In this document: one piece after another, positions 30,303-41,069 of the stretch
Layout of the letters: each line of letters starts with the position of its first letter
Position numbering within the stretch: position 1 is the first letter of the stretch
Program-made: the position numbers and the translations under genes
Notes under the pieces: generated by a model
What the model was told of the DNA's origin: nothing
Seen by the model: only the letters and a program-made list of their open reading frames with translations
Database searches by the model: none
Assembly: GCA_963784355.1 (NCBI GenBank)
Contig: CAWAQU010000009.1
Coordinates: forward strand, 1-64,000
DNA length: 64,000 bases
DNA from: an uncultured bacterium
GTDB lineage: Bacteria > Patescibacteriota > JACMRA01
Direction of reading: 5' to 3'

Positions 30303-32537
30303 TTATTCCGATTTTTCTTGCAACACATCTCTCAAAGCTGCAGCTTCTTCAAAATTCATTGCATCAATTGCGATTTGTAATCTCTCTTTTAATTCGGATA
30401 TTGATAAATTCATTTTCTTTACATCCTGATAATAAACAGACTTTTCTTCTTCAAAGTTGGCATAGACTTGCTTGCCCTTGTTACTTTTTCTATCCGGGGT
30501 TTCTTCAGTATGGATTGAATTACTCCTTCTTCTTTTCTTAGGCTCATCAAACTGAAACATTTTTGACTCATCAGAGTTTAAAGGCTGCCATCCAGTTGTA
30601 GTATAAACAGCTCCTGATTTACCGTAATCTTCATTTTTATCCATCTCTTCTCGCAGATCATCAGCAATTGTCTTTATTCCCCTTACAACTGTAGTAGGGT
30701 TAATGTTGTGTTCTTTGTTATAGGTTTGCTGAATAGCTCTTCGACGTTCGGTTTCTTCTATAGCAAATCTCATTGAATCTGTAATTGACTCACCATACAT
30801 GATTACTTGTCCTTCTACATGTCTTGCAGCTCTTCCAACAATCTGTACCAGACTAGTCTTTGAGCGTAAAAATCCTTCCTTATCTGCATCAAAAATAGCT
30901 ACTAAACTTACTTCTGGTAAATCTAAACCTTCTCTTAACAAATTGATACCAATCAAAACATCATATTTTCCACGCCTCAAATCACTCAATATATCAATTC
31001 TTTCCATAGTGTCCACGTCACTATGAATATAGGCAGACTTAATATTTATCTGTTTGAAATACAAATCAAGCTCCTCGGCAAATCTTTTTGTAAGTGTGGT
31101 GATCAAGACACGCTGCCCTCGGCTAGTTCTTCGTCTAACCTGCTCTAATATATCGTCTACTTGATTTTTAACCGGTTTTAATATGATTTCAGGATCAATA
31201 AGCCCAGTAGGTCTAATAATGGCTGTAGACACGTTAATTTTTCCATTAGGATCACGTTCAATCTCTACCCTATTTGGACCTTTGGAAATATAATTACTTT
31301 TACCAAATTCAAATTCACCCGGTGTTGCTGACACGTAAACAATTTGATTTATTTTACGGAAAAACTCGTTTATTTTAAGCGGCCTATTGTTCAGTGCTGA
31401 AGGCAATCTAAAACCGTACTCGACCAAAGTTTCTTTACGACTCCTGTCTCCACTATACATTGCTGAGATTTGAGATAAAGTCATGTGACTCTCATCTATA
31501 AAAAATGTGCTATCATCCGGAAAATAGTCCAATAGAGTTGTAGGTGGCTCTCCATCTTCCCTGCCGTCAAAATAAATGGAATAGTTTTCAATACCTCCCA
31601 CATAGCCTAAAGTCTGCAACATCTCCAAGTCATTTGCTGTTCTGTCTTTTATTCTCTGAGCCTGAAGCAGTAAGCCTTTTTGATTAAAATGCTCCACCCT
31701 ATCTACCATTTCGGCCTCTATTTTAGATATGGCTTGCTGTATTTTTTCTTGGGTTGTGACGTATTGTTTAGCTGGAAAAATGGTATATTTTTGTATTACT
31801 TCTAGGGACTTGCCGGTAACTGGGTGAAAACTTTCAATCAGCTCCAAATGGTCTCCATAAAAGGAAAATCTATATCCTATTTCTTCACTTGAAGGTATTA
31901 GCTCTAAATTATCCCCACGTACTCTGAAAGTACCCCTTTTTAAATCCAGGCTTGTCCTGACAAACTGCATGTCAATTAACTTTCTGATAATTTTATCAAT
32001 CTTGTAGTTTTGACTCACTTCCAGATCAATTTTTAGTGCAGCAAAATCTTCCGGATTTCCCAAACCATAAATACACGACACCGAAGCTACAATTAATACA
32101 TCTTTTCGAGTCAAAAGTGACTGAGTTGCCGCGTTTCTCAACCTATCAATTTCTTCATTTATCTGAGTTTGCTTTTCAATATATGTGTCTGATCTTGGAA
32201 TGTAGCTTTCCGGTTGATAATAATCATAATAACTGACAAAATAGTGGACTGCGTTATTTGGAAAAAACTTCTTAAACTCCTCAGCAAGTTGTGCCGCCAA
32301 AGTTTTATTATGGGCAATGACCAGAGTAGGCTTTTGTAAATTCTGTACAATTGAAGCCATCATAAAGGTTTTGCCCGACCCTGTAACACCCAAAATCGTC
32401 TGTTCTTTGTTATTACTTTCTATACTTTGAGTGATTTCATCAATTACTTTGGCTTGATCTCCGGCAGGCCCATAAGGTGAGACGAGCTGAAAATGACTGC
32501 CACTTTGACTTTGAGAATACACTAATTTGTCATCCAT
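30303..32537 (-). CDS. uvrB: Excinuclease ABC subunit B
   Basis: GVTGSGKT, YYDYYQPE, DESH, GINLLREGLD, FEEAAALRD. Confidence 0.98.
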   Translation of the reverse strand: MDDKLVYSQSQSGSHFQLVSPYGPAGDQAKVIDEITQSIESNNKEQTILGVTGSGKTFMMASIVQNLQKPTLVIAHNKTLAAQLAEEFKKFFPNNAVHYFVSYYDYYQPESYIPRSDTYIEKQTQINEEIDRLRNAATQSLLTRKDVLIVASVSCIYGLGNPEDFAALKIDLEVSQNYKIDKIIRKLIDMQFVRTSLDLKRGTFRVRGDNLELIPSSEEIGYRFSFYGDHLELIESFHPVTGKSLEVIQKYTIFPAKQYVTTQEKIQQAISKIEAEMVDRVEHFNQKGLLLQAQRIKDRTANDLEMLQTLGYVGGIENYSIYFDGREDGEPPTTLLDYFPDDSTFFIDESHMTLSQISAMYSGDRSRKETLVEYGFRLPSALNNRPLKINEFFRKINQIVYVSATPGEFEFGKSNYISKGPNRVEIERDPNGKINVSTAIIRPTGLIDPEIILKPVKNQVDDILEQVRRRTSRGQRVLITTLTKRFAEELDLYFKQINIKSAYIHSDVDTMERIDILSDLRRGKYDVLIGINLLREGLDLPEVSLVAIFDADKEGFLRSKTSLVQIVGRAARHVEGQVIMYGESITDSMRFAIEETERRRAIQQTYNKEHNINPTTVVRGIKTIADDLREEMDKNEDYGKSGAVYTTTGWQPLNSDESKMFQFDEPKKRRRSNSIHTEETPDRKSNKGKQVYANFEEEKSVYYQDVKKMNLSISELKERLQIAIDAMNFEEAAALRDVLQEKSE

Positions 32538-32667
32538 AAATTCACATAATAATTTTTAAACTAGGCTATGTCAAGATTGTTTTACTTTTTTAAACTAAAT
32601 CACGCAAACAATAAATTTACCCTTAAATAAAGATTATTAGGCCATTATGTTATGTAAGAAATTAATA

Positions 32668-32702
32668 TTTATTAATAATCAGAATACCTAGTTATTTGTA
32701 AC
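32668..32702 (-). repeat. Dispersed intergenic repeat, copy C (after secA)
   Basis: 29/35 identical to 40987-41021; all differences are transitions. Confidence 0.7.
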
Positions 32703-32713
32703 TATATTTGTAA

Positions 32714-35485
32714 CTAACCCTTCAAAATACCTGCAGGCACTATGTCTGGACTGATTTTGAAAATAGTTGCAGCAGCTTCTTGGTCAATTTCTTCCAATAA
32801 ATTCATAAATATGCTCATACCATCTTGCTTAAACTCTACCAAAGGGTCCTTTTGAGAATAACCCCTCAAGCGTACAGAATCCTGCAAATGATCAATAGTA
32901 ACTAAATGCTCTGTCCAAAGTATGTCTATTGCTCTTAAGAACATAAATCTAGCTAAAGCAGACTGTACTCTGTCTTCGTAAATCTCCCATCTGGTTTTCA
33001 ATTGATAGTTTAGTTTTTCCGCTAAAATTTTAGCAACTTTAGAATACTTAAACTTATGATCTTTCAAAAGTACAGAAATTACCCCTGTATCAAAATCGGC
33101 TAAATTCAAAATGTTTTTCAATATATTGCTAGCTTCTTTTAATTGCTCTTGATTGATATTAGATTTTCTACCTGTTGGCTTTTTAACTATAGTTAAAGTA
33201 TTATAGACAGCATTGTAGATACTCTTTTCTATTTCTTTTTGCCATTCAAAACCTTCATTTAAGAGTACTTTTTTACGTCTGGAGTAAATCACACTTCTCT
33301 GTTTGTTAATTACGTCATCGTACTCAGTAACGTGCTTACGTACATCAAAGTTTTGTCCTTCAATTTTCTTTTGAGCTTCTTCTATCAAACCTGAAAGTAA
33401 TTTATTCTGAATTGGTTCATCATCAGGGATTGGTAAGATGTTCTTGTAGTAACTCATTCTATCACCTCCAAATACTCTCAAAACATAGTCTTCAAGTGAG
33501 ATATAAAACTGACTCATACCCGGATCTCCTTGACGTCCACTACGACCTCTCAACTGATTATCAATACGTCTACTCTCGTGTCTTTCAGTACCAATTACAA
33601 ATAAACCTCCTAAATTTTTGACTTCTTCATGGAGTTTTTTCCACTCTTCTTTTTTTGTTTCATCATCAGGAATTTCTCCACCTAATTTAATATCCACACC
33701 ACGACCCGCAATATTAGTTGCCAAAGTCACACTCCCCTTTTTACCGGCTTCAGAAACAATTTTTGCTTCCTGCTCGTGATTTTTAGCATTTAAAACTTGG
33801 TGTGGGACACCTGCTTCTTTTAATTGTTTGCTCAGCTCCAAATTTTTATCAATAGATGTAGTACCAATCAAAATCGGCTGCCCGGTTTCATGTATAGCTT
33901 TTATATCTCTTACAATGGCTTGGAATTTCCCCGCTTCAGTTTTAAAAATTTTATCTACATAGTCTTTTCTGACCATTACCTTATTTGTAGGAATAGTAAC
34001 TACTAAAAGCTTATAGATTTTAAACAATTCCTCAGCCTCAGTAGCAGCCGTACCTGTCATACCTGACAATTTATTATATAGTCTAAAGTAGTTTTGGAAT
34101 GTAACTGTAGCCACTGTCTTGCTCTCGGGTTGAACTTTCAGCCCTTCTTTGGCCTCCAATGATTGGTGTAGACCTTGATTGTATCTTCTACCAAACATCA
34201 ATCTACCTGTAAATTCATCTACAATGACTATTTCTCCATCCCTAACTACATATTCTTTTTCTCTATGAAACAAGGCCCAAGCTTTCAAGGCTTGATCTAA
34301 ATGGTGGATTAAAACAACATTTTCAGACGATCCGTAAAGTGATTTTATACCCAACATTCTCTCTACTTTTTCAATACCAAATTCACTTAAAGTTACAGTT
34401 TTGCGTTTTTCATCTACCTTGTAATCAACTTCAGGATTCAACTTTTTAACCAACTCGGCAAACTGTTTATACCTAGCAGAAGAGTCTGCATCTTGAGAGG
34501 AAATAATCAACGGAGTTCTAGCTTCATCAATCAAAATAGAGTCAACCTCGTCTACAACGGCTACTGTCTGACCGGCTTTTTGGACAATTTCCTCAGGAGT
34601 GTTAGCCATGTTATCTCTTAGATAGTCAAAACCGAATTCGGAATTTACCCCATAAACAATGTCTACAGGTTGATTAGCTTCTTCGTCCCAGTAGGCTCTC
34701 TTCCTATCACAATGAACCAAATTTTCAACATCCAAAACCGCCCTACTGTCATCCAAACTACCATCTTCGTACGTATCTACCAGTCCGGCATTTCTTTTTT
34801 TATCTTCAACAGATCCCGCTTGAGCGCCCAATTTAAAATAAAAGCTTGCTTGATTCTGAATAATTCCAACAGTCAGTCCCAAAAAATCATAAATTTTACC
34901 CATCCAACTAGCATCACGCCTCGCCAAATAGTCGTTTACAGTAACTAAGTGTACTTGGTTGTTTTCAGGAAGGGCATTTAAATATACAGCTAAAGTAGCT
35001 ACCAAAGTTTTTCCCTCTCCTGTTCTCATTTCAGCTACGCGGCCATCATTTAATACCATACCACCAATCAACTGAACCGGGAAATGTTTTTGCCCTATAG
35101 TTCTCCAAGCAGCTTCCCTAACTACAGCAAAAGCTTCGGGTAGAAGTTCGAGCAATTTTTTCTCCATTTCTTTTTCCTTCAAGCCTTTCAATTTTTCTCT
35201 AAATTCAAATGTTTTAGCTTTAAGCTCACTATCTGAGAGACCTTGCATTTTTGCATCAAAATCCTCAATTTTTTTAACTACGGCTAAGTATTTATTGATT
35301 TCTTTTTTTTCACCAATTAAATTGTCCAGAAATTTTTTAAATTGACTTCTGTCTTTTACAACAGTTCTTTGCTTGGTTGTGGTACTTTTAGCTTTAGTCT
35401 GAGGATTATTATCTGCAGGCACATTAATGTTTGTAGTTTCTGTCTCTTTTACAGCTACATCATTATTTGGATTAGAAGAACTCAT
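32714..35485 (-). CDS. secA: Preprotein translocase ATPase SecA
   Basis: MRTGEGKT, DEVDSILIDEARTPLIIS, QLRGRSGRQGDPG. Confidence 0.98.
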   Translation of the reverse strand: MSSSNPNNDVAVKETETTNINVPADNNPQTKAKSTTTKQRTVVKDRSQFKKFLDNLIGEKKEINKYLAVVKKIEDFDAKMQGLSDSELKAKTFEFREKLKGLKEKEMEKKLLELLPEAFAVVREAAWRTIGQKHFPVQLIGGMVLNDGRVAEMRTGEGKTLVATLAVYLNALPENNQVHLVTVNDYLARRDASWMGKIYDFLGLTVGIIQNQASFYFKLGAQAGSVEDKKRNAGLVDTYEDGSLDDSRAVLDVENLVHCDRKRAYWDEEANQPVDIVYGVNSEFGFDYLRDNMANTPEEIVQKAGQTVAVVDEVDSILIDEARTPLIISSQDADSSARYKQFAELVKKLNPEVDYKVDEKRKTVTLSEFGIEKVERMLGIKSLYGSSENVVLIHHLDQALKAWALFHREKEYVVRDGEIVIVDEFTGRLMFGRRYNQGLHQSLEAKEGLKVQPESKTVATVTFQNYFRLYNKLSGMTGTAATEAEELFKIYKLLVVTIPTNKVMVRKDYVDKIFKTEAGKFQAIVRDIKAIHETGQPILIGTTSIDKNLELSKQLKEAGVPHQVLNAKNHEQEAKIVSEAGKKGSVTLATNIAGRGVDIKLGGEIPDDETKKEEWKKLHEEVKNLGGLFVIGTERHESRRIDNQLRGRSGRQGDPGMSQFYISLEDYVLRVFGGDRMSYYKNILPIPDDEPIQNKLLSGLIEEAQKKIEGQNFDVRKHVTEYDDVINKQRSVIYSRRKKVLLNEGFEWQKEIEKSIYNAVYNTLTIVKKPTGRKSNINQEQLKEASNILKNILNLADFDTGVISVLLKDHKFKYSKVAKILAEKLNYQLKTRWEIYEDRVQSALARFMFLRAIDILWTEHLVTIDHLQDSVRLRGYSQKDPLVEFKQDGMSIFMNLLEEIDQEAAATIFKISPDIVPAGILKG

Positions 35486-35616
35486 AATTGTTGTGATTTG
35501 TAGTTAAAAATAAGTTGTTTAATAGGGTTTGTCAAGTTACAAACTTAAGTGTAATAGCCTGGTGGCTCATGAATTACTTGTTTGACATAAAATCAGCTAA
35601 AATACAAAATACAACT

Positions 35617-36528
35617 GTGATTTTAATTAGTTTGTTAGGACAAACATGCAGTGGCAAATCCGAAATGGCAGTAGAAATAGCTAGGTGGCTGGGTAATTGC
35701 TGCATAATCAACTGTGACTCTAGGCAAATCTACCAAAAATTAAATATTGGTACTGGCAAAATCAAAGGTAGTTGGAAAGATAACAATTATTTTTACAAGA
35801 CTATCCCTCATCTTCTAATTGATTACGTCGATCCCCAAGAAAAAAATTATTCACTTGCTAATTATATTAACGATTTTAAAAACTTGCAAACTAATATAGA
35901 AAGTCAATTCAAATACGCAATTTTGACAGGAGGTACAGGTTTATACGCTAAGGCCATTACTGACAACTACCAAATTAGCTCTGTAAAGCCTGAATATGAA
36001 AAAGATTGGCAAGATTTAAGAAAAGAATTATCCAAAGATTCAATTTCAACTTTGCAACAAAAATATCTAACTTTAAACTTAAGCCCTTTAAATCATTCCG
36101 ATTTTCACAATCCCAGACGATTAATCAGCAAACTCTTGGATTTTGAGGGAAAAAGTAAAGGTTGGTACGAAACTATTCAAAATGAATTTAAATTTGATAA
36201 AAGCCTCAATTTTGCAATTCAAGTGGACCAGACTGAGTTAAAACAAAAAATTTTAATTAGGTTGAAAGATAGAGTAACTGAGGGCCTTACTGAGGAAATA
36301 GAGAGTTTAAATTATTTGGGTACTCAAAGATTACTTGATTTAGGTCTAGAATACCGCATCTCCCAACTTTACTTGTTAGGATTTCTAACCGAAGATGAAT
36401 GGATCAACAAAATGTATCTGGAAAATTGTAAATATGCCAAAAGACAGCTTACTTGGCTACAAAAACAAGATTTTACTTGGATCAGTAATACAGAAGAGAC
36501 AAAAAGAAGGATTACTTCCGCAATTTAA
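35617..36528 (+). CDS. miaA: tRNA dimethylallyltransferase
   Basis: GQTCSGKS, DSRQIY, GGTGLY, YAKRQLTW; probable GTG start at 35617. Confidence 0.92.
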   Translation: MILISLLGQTCSGKSEMAVEIARWLGNCCIINCDSRQIYQKLNIGTGKIKGSWKDNNYFYKTIPHLLIDYVDPQEKNYSLANYINDFKNLQTNIESQFKYAILTGGTGLYAKAITDNYQISSVKPEYEKDWQDLRKELSKDSISTLQQKYLTLNLSPLNHSDFHNPRRLISKLLDFEGKSKGWYETIQNEFKFDKSLNFAIQVDQTELKQKILIRLKDRVTEGLTEEIESLNYLGTQRLLDLGLEYRISQLYLLGFLTEDEWINKMYLENCKYAKRQLTWLQKQDFTWISNTEETKRRITSAI

Positions 36529-36530
36529 AT

Positions 36531-36974
36531 CTACACTTTGCAAAGTGGTTCAAAACCGAATTGGCTGTTTACTTGTACATTTTCTTGTTTAATTGTACTT
36601 CCAAAAAAACACATCTGCCATCTTTGAATATTATTAAACTCCTGTTTCTTTTTCTCAGGAATATAATTCGGGTTTTGGTTATCAACAGTTTCTAATAAAG
36701 AAGTATCCAATACCTCCTCACCTTTTTTCTTGTAATTTATCTCTTTAGCATACTTTTCTTGGTACAAAGCACTGTTGTAGTAATCCTTTTCGTTTTTAGA
36801 CTCATTATTTTCTTGAATCAGTTTTTGAAAGACTAAAGACTCTGCATTAGCTTGAGCTTGAATACGATATAAGTTGTAAATATTGTATATGTTAGCTAAA
36901 AAACCGCCCACTAGTAATAAGTGAACGGTAAATTTTACACTGGGTATTTGAAAAAAACGTTGTAGTGAATTCAT
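36531..36974 (-). CDS. FtsB/DivIC-like septum protein
   Basis: TM helix, coiled coil, YQEKYAKEINYKKKGEEV. Confidence 0.6.
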   Translation of the reverse strand: MNSLQRFFQIPSVKFTVHLLLVGGFLANIYNIYNLYRIQAQANAESLVFQKLIQENNESKNEKDYYNSALYQEKYAKEINYKKKGEEVLDTSLLETVDNQNPNYIPEKKKQEFNNIQRWQMCFFGSTIKQENVQVNSQFGFEPLCKV

Positions 36975-37000
36975 TCAAAATCAAAAATTATTGGATATGA

Positions 37001-37441
37001 CTAACCAAACAAACCTGTAATATTTGTACTAGTTAGACCACTAATAAAGTTAACAATTGTATATGCAATGATTGTGATAATTAAACCGTATAAAGCATTG
37101 AAAAGTATTTTCTTTCCTTTTTTTGATCTAGCTTCATCACCATTATCAACAATGATAAGGAAACCTCCATATACTAAGAATAGTACTGCTACTGCTCCAG
37201 CTATATAAGTAAGGAATTTGGCAATGTTAAGAATAAAACTGGCTATACTGCCTCGACCTCCAATAAAACTTGAACCCTCTGTTGCACCCGTAACAGGACA
37301 GCTTCCACCACATAGCTCGGTTACACCTGGAATTTTTACTTCTGTTGCACTCACTGAAGGAGCTACAACTAAACTAAAAGCAAATATTGCAATTAATGAA
37401 AATGAAAATAGTTTTGTAAGTATGTTTGCAAATGCTGACAT
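37001..37441 (-). CDS. CPR-type (VirB2/TrbC-like) pilin, copy 1
   Basis: signal peptide ending VSA; IAGAVAVLFLVYGGF..G..KGKKILFNALYGLII..AYTIVNFI. Confidence 0.85.
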   Translation of the reverse strand: MSAFANILTKLFSFSLIAIFAFSLVVAPSVSATEVKIPGVTELCGGSCPVTGATEGSSFIGGRGSIASFILNIAKFLTYIAGAVAVLFLVYGGFLIIVDNGDEARSKKGKKILFNALYGLIITIIAYTIVNFISGLTSTNITGLFG

Positions 37442-38123
37442 AAGAATAAGATATTGTTGTTTTTTGTAACTTGTTTTTGTTAGTTAAATAAAAGTATAAC
37501 TTAGATTATTTATTTGTGCAAGTGGAAGATTTTACTTAAGCTGTTCTTAGTTGCATTTTACTCAGATGTCCCTCCAAACAAACCTGTAATATTTGTACTA
37601 GTTAGACCACTAATAAAGTTAACAATTGTATATGCAATGATTGTGATAATTAAACCGTATAAAGCATTGAAAAGTATTTTCTTTCCTTTTTTTGATCTAG
37701 CTTCATCACCATTATCAACAATGATAAGGAAACCTCCATATACTAAGAATAGTACTGCTACTGCTCCAGCTATATAAGTAAGGAATTTGGCAATGTTAAG
37801 GATGAAGGTAGCTATATTGTTTTGACTTCCGTTAGTCCCTAGAAATTGCGATCCGGTTGCTGAACCCGTAACAGGACAATTACTACCACATAATTCTGAA
37901 CGTGAAGGTAGTGACACTGTGCCATTTGCGGCAGTGGAACTAGCAGCACTCACTGAAGGAGCTACAACTAAACTAAAAGCAAATATTGCAATTAATGAAA
38001 ATGAAAATAGTTTTGTAAGTATGTTTGCAAATGCTGACATAAGAATAAGATATTGTTGTTTTTTGTAACTTGTTTTTGTTAGTTAAATAAAAGTATAACT
38101 TAGATTATTTATTTGTGCAAGTG
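37005..38123. repeat. Tandem duplication with identical flanks and variable centre
   Basis: 37005-37231 = 37574-37800 (227 bp); 37347-37524 = 37946-38123 (178 bp). Confidence 0.92.
37558..38040 (-). CDS. CPR-type (VirB2/TrbC-like) pilin, copy 2
   Basis: same constant regions as copy 1, different central segment. Confidence 0.85.
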   Translation of the reverse strand: MSAFANILTKLFSFSLIAIFAFSLVVAPSVSAASSTAANGTVSLPSRSELCGSNCPVTGSATGSQFLGTNGSQNNIATFILNIAKFLTYIAGAVAVLFLVYGGFLIIVDNGDEARSKKGKKILFNALYGLIITIIAYTIVNFISGLTSTNITGLFGGTSE

Positions 38124-38166
38124 TGGTATATTTTTTATGTTTGTGTCAAGTGAAGTTTTCCCCATT

Positions 38167-39375
38167 TTAGCTGCTTTTATAGTAATTTAATATCCCTGAA
38201 AGACCTATCATTACGGCATTATCACCGGTCAAGCTAAGATTAGGAATAAAAATATTTTTGAGTCTGTTTTTTACTTTTAGCTCTTCAATTTTTTGTCTAA
38301 GTAACAGATCAGCAGATACGCCACCGGAAAGACCTATTGTAATAGGTTTGTATTTTTTTATCCCCAGTTCAAATTTGTTGATAAGTTGCTTGGTTACAAC
38401 AGTTCTGGCAGATACACACACGTTATAAATAAAGTCTAATTTTTGGTTTTTTTCAGAAGGATCCAGATTTCTGTAATTCATTAGTTTTTTTATTTCGTCA
38501 GGACCCAACTGTTTCTCAAAAGCAAAATTTGGAATTTTTTGATCCTGGATATGATATCTCACAGCAGTTTTTAATCCTGAAAAAGAATAGTTTAGATCTG
38601 CACTTTGCTTCATCCCTACCGGAAAATTGCAATAATTACCTTCAAATAAACCTGATATTTTTGCTACATGCATACCACCTGGATATGGCAAGCCCAGCAT
38701 ACGACCTACTTTATCCAAACACTCCCCGGCTGCATCATCTAAGGTTTTACCTACTATTTGCCAACTATTCCAGGAATTTAGAAGGATTATTTGTGAATTT
38801 CCACCGGAGACTAAAAGATGTAGATGAGGAAATACTTCTGATTTTATTTCAATTTCGGGATTGTAAAAGCTACTTGCCACATGCCCTTTCAAATGATTTA
38901 TCGAGCATACCTCTATTGCTTTATTTTGTCTTTCTCCTATATAAAAACTCATACTTTTAGCAAATTCCATACCTACCCTAAGGGCAGAAATTAGTCCGGG
39001 CTCAGTTGTGACAAATATTTTATCGACTTGAGACAGTAAATCTAGGTCTTCAGCATCAAGCGTAATGGAGTCAAATGATAAATTTTCATCCAAGTTATGT
39101 TTTAAGTTTGAAACTGTGTTGTTTTTAATACTTTCCTTGACCTCCTGAAGTAGCATTTTTAATAAAAAGTGGATTTGCTCAGCATGTTTTCTAGCTCCAA
39201 TTTCAGGGATTACACCCCCATATTCAGCGTGAATCTTGATTTGAGAAGAAACAATACTACCTAAAACTTTAAATGAATTTAAATATGCATAAAAATCTAA
39301 ATTAGCATTCAAATCCCCTTCTACAACAGCTAAGGAAGTCTCGTCACAACTGGTCTCAATACTCAGGTAAAGCAT
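38167..39375 (-). CDS. tsaD: tRNA N6-adenosine threonylcarbamoyltransferase
   Basis: IETSCDET, HLKGH, LLVSGG, DDAAGECLDKVGR, SFSGLKTA, DNAVMIG. Confidence 0.96.
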   Translation of the reverse strand: MLYLSIETSCDETSLAVVEGDLNANLDFYAYLNSFKVLGSIVSSQIKIHAEYGGVIPEIGARKHAEQIHFLLKMLLQEVKESIKNNTVSNLKHNLDENLSFDSITLDAEDLDLLSQVDKIFVTTEPGLISALRVGMEFAKSMSFYIGERQNKAIEVCSINHLKGHVASSFYNPEIEIKSEVFPHLHLLVSGGNSQIILLNSWNSWQIVGKTLDDAAGECLDKVGRMLGLPYPGGMHVAKISGLFEGNYCNFPVGMKQSADLNYSFSGLKTAVRYHIQDQKIPNFAFEKQLGPDEIKKLMNYRNLDPSEKNQKLDFIYNVCVSARTVVTKQLINKFELGIKKYKPITIGLSGGVSADLLLRQKIEELKVKNRLKNIFIPNLSLTGDNAVMIGLSGILNYYKSS

Positions 39376-39380
39376 ATAAT

Positions 39381-40964
39381 TTAGTTTATTTTAGTTTCCT
39401 CAGGACTTTTTGTTATTCTTTTTTTAGCTGATTCAAGCTGCCAAAACGGTACCCACTGCCTTTTGCTTAGCTCCTTGTCAGTTATAGGTATATAGTAAGT
39501 AAGTGGACTGAAAAATAGAAATGTAGCAAATACTATGAAGCAAGTACCGCTTAAAACTCCGTACAAATAAATTCTGACTTTAGGTATTTCAAGGTATGTT
39601 TTCATTGTATATTGGAAAATTAAAGCAGCCAAAATGTAACTAAGCGTAAGAGGAATTAAATAGTGATAGAGATACATTGCCCTAGGGATTAAAAACATGA
39701 TAATCATGTAAAATAAATACAATGCCAAAAATAATTTAATTTTTTCAAATAGCTTTTGGTCAGTAATTTTTAACCCAAACACGTGTTTGCTTAAAATCAA
39801 GACAATACTCAACAACATTCCTAAAAGCCCGATCAGCCAAGACACTGGATTACCTTGCAAATAAATATATCTTGCACTTTCACTATTGTATTCATAAGCA
39901 TATATTACACTTCTAGCACCAATTGGCCAAGTAATCGGGAAACTTGGGTCGGAAAGAGTCTGATAATTAGAGGGATTCAAGCTTTCTACATTTATATGGT
40001 GCTTAAAAATATAGAGTATGTTGATTGCGTAGAATTTTAAGACTCCACGTGCAGTTAAATTTTCTTGACCTTCCAAAGAATTTTTATAGTTTGTGTTATT
40101 TATATATTTTGCGTAAGTATCTCCATGTATCTCTTTTCCAAGCAATCCGTGAAGGCCATAAATTAAAGCAGTTGATAGAATAATTGCCGAAATAAAAACA
40201 ATTGCTTTCGATACAAAACCCTTAAAGTATTTGGGTTGATTTATTTTTTTTATAAAATTTTCTTGATTCAGATGACTTAAGTTTTTATCTTTTAAGTAAA
40301 TTAATACAAAACAAAGTACTAGAAATAAACCATTTACCTTAACTAAAATCGGTAGAGAAACAAGCAAGCCTAAAATAAAATATTCCTTAAATGATACAAA
40401 GTTTAATTGTGGCTTTCCAGAAGATAGGCTATCCCACAATTTCATAAAGTAAATTAGAGCTAAAAATATAAAAAACAACTGGGTACTTTGCAATAGTGCG
40501 GCTCTTGTATCTACAATTATAGCATTGTCAAATAAATAGACTAGTGAAAAAAAGAAGGCCAGGGTATTATTTTGTAGTAAAATACATAAAAGCCAGAAAA
40601 AGAGTGTAGCAGCCAAAATACCAAAGATTATAGGAAAAAATCTGGCTCCGGTGTAATTGTAAGTACCGGGAATATTCTCTACACTATATTCAGTTGTTAA
40701 AAATTCTTCTGGAATGTTGGTATTTCCGTTGAAAATCTTTTCCCCTAAAGCTATGAATAATTTACCAAGTGGTGGATGATCTTGTAAAAAAGCAACTCCA
40801 TGGACATATTTTTGAGCAGCCGGAATAAAATAAGCCTCATCCCAGATGCTTTTATTGGGTTGGTTATAATTTGGAAAGTACACACATACAGCCATTAAAA
40901 GTACCGCAAGCGTGTACAAAAACAAACTGTTTTCCACTAAGTATTTTTTAATAGAAGCTAGCAT
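39381..40964 (-). CDS. Protein O-mannosyltransferase family (GT39/PMT) glycosyltransferase
   Basis: WDEAYF, DHPPLGKLFIALG, GNPVSW, RAMYLYHYL; multi-TM. Confidence 0.87.
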   Translation of the reverse strand: MLASIKKYLVENSLFLYTLAVLLMAVCVYFPNYNQPNKSIWDEAYFIPAAQKYVHGVAFLQDHPPLGKLFIALGEKIFNGNTNIPEEFLTTEYSVENIPGTYNYTGARFFPIIFGILAATLFFWLLCILLQNNTLAFFFSLVYLFDNAIIVDTRAALLQSTQLFFIFLALIYFMKLWDSLSSGKPQLNFVSFKEYFILGLLVSLPILVKVNGLFLVLCFVLIYLKDKNLSHLNQENFIKKINQPKYFKGFVSKAIVFISAIILSTALIYGLHGLLGKEIHGDTYAKYINNTNYKNSLEGQENLTARGVLKFYAINILYIFKHHINVESLNPSNYQTLSDPSFPITWPIGARSVIYAYEYNSESARYIYLQGNPVSWLIGLLGMLLSIVLILSKHVFGLKITDQKLFEKIKLFLALYLFYMIIMFLIPRAMYLYHYLIPLTLSYILAALIFQYTMKTYLEIPKVRIYLYGVLSGTCFIVFATFLFFSPLTYYIPITDKELSKRQWVPFWQLESAKKRITKSPEETKIN

Positions 40965-40986
40965 GATTTGGAAATTATTTGTTAGG

Positions 40987-41066
40987 TTTATTAGTAATCA
41001 GAATATCTGGTTGCTTGCAACGGGGTTAAGTTTTTGTTTCCACAGCTTTGGTGCTCTGATACAAGC
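40987..41066 (-). repeat. Dispersed intergenic repeat, copy A (after alaS-like gene)
   Basis: shares GCTTGTATCAGA(G)CACCAAAGC and TATT(C/G)TGATTACTAATAA with 60160-60227. Confidence 0.7.
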
Positions 41067-41069
41067 TCA

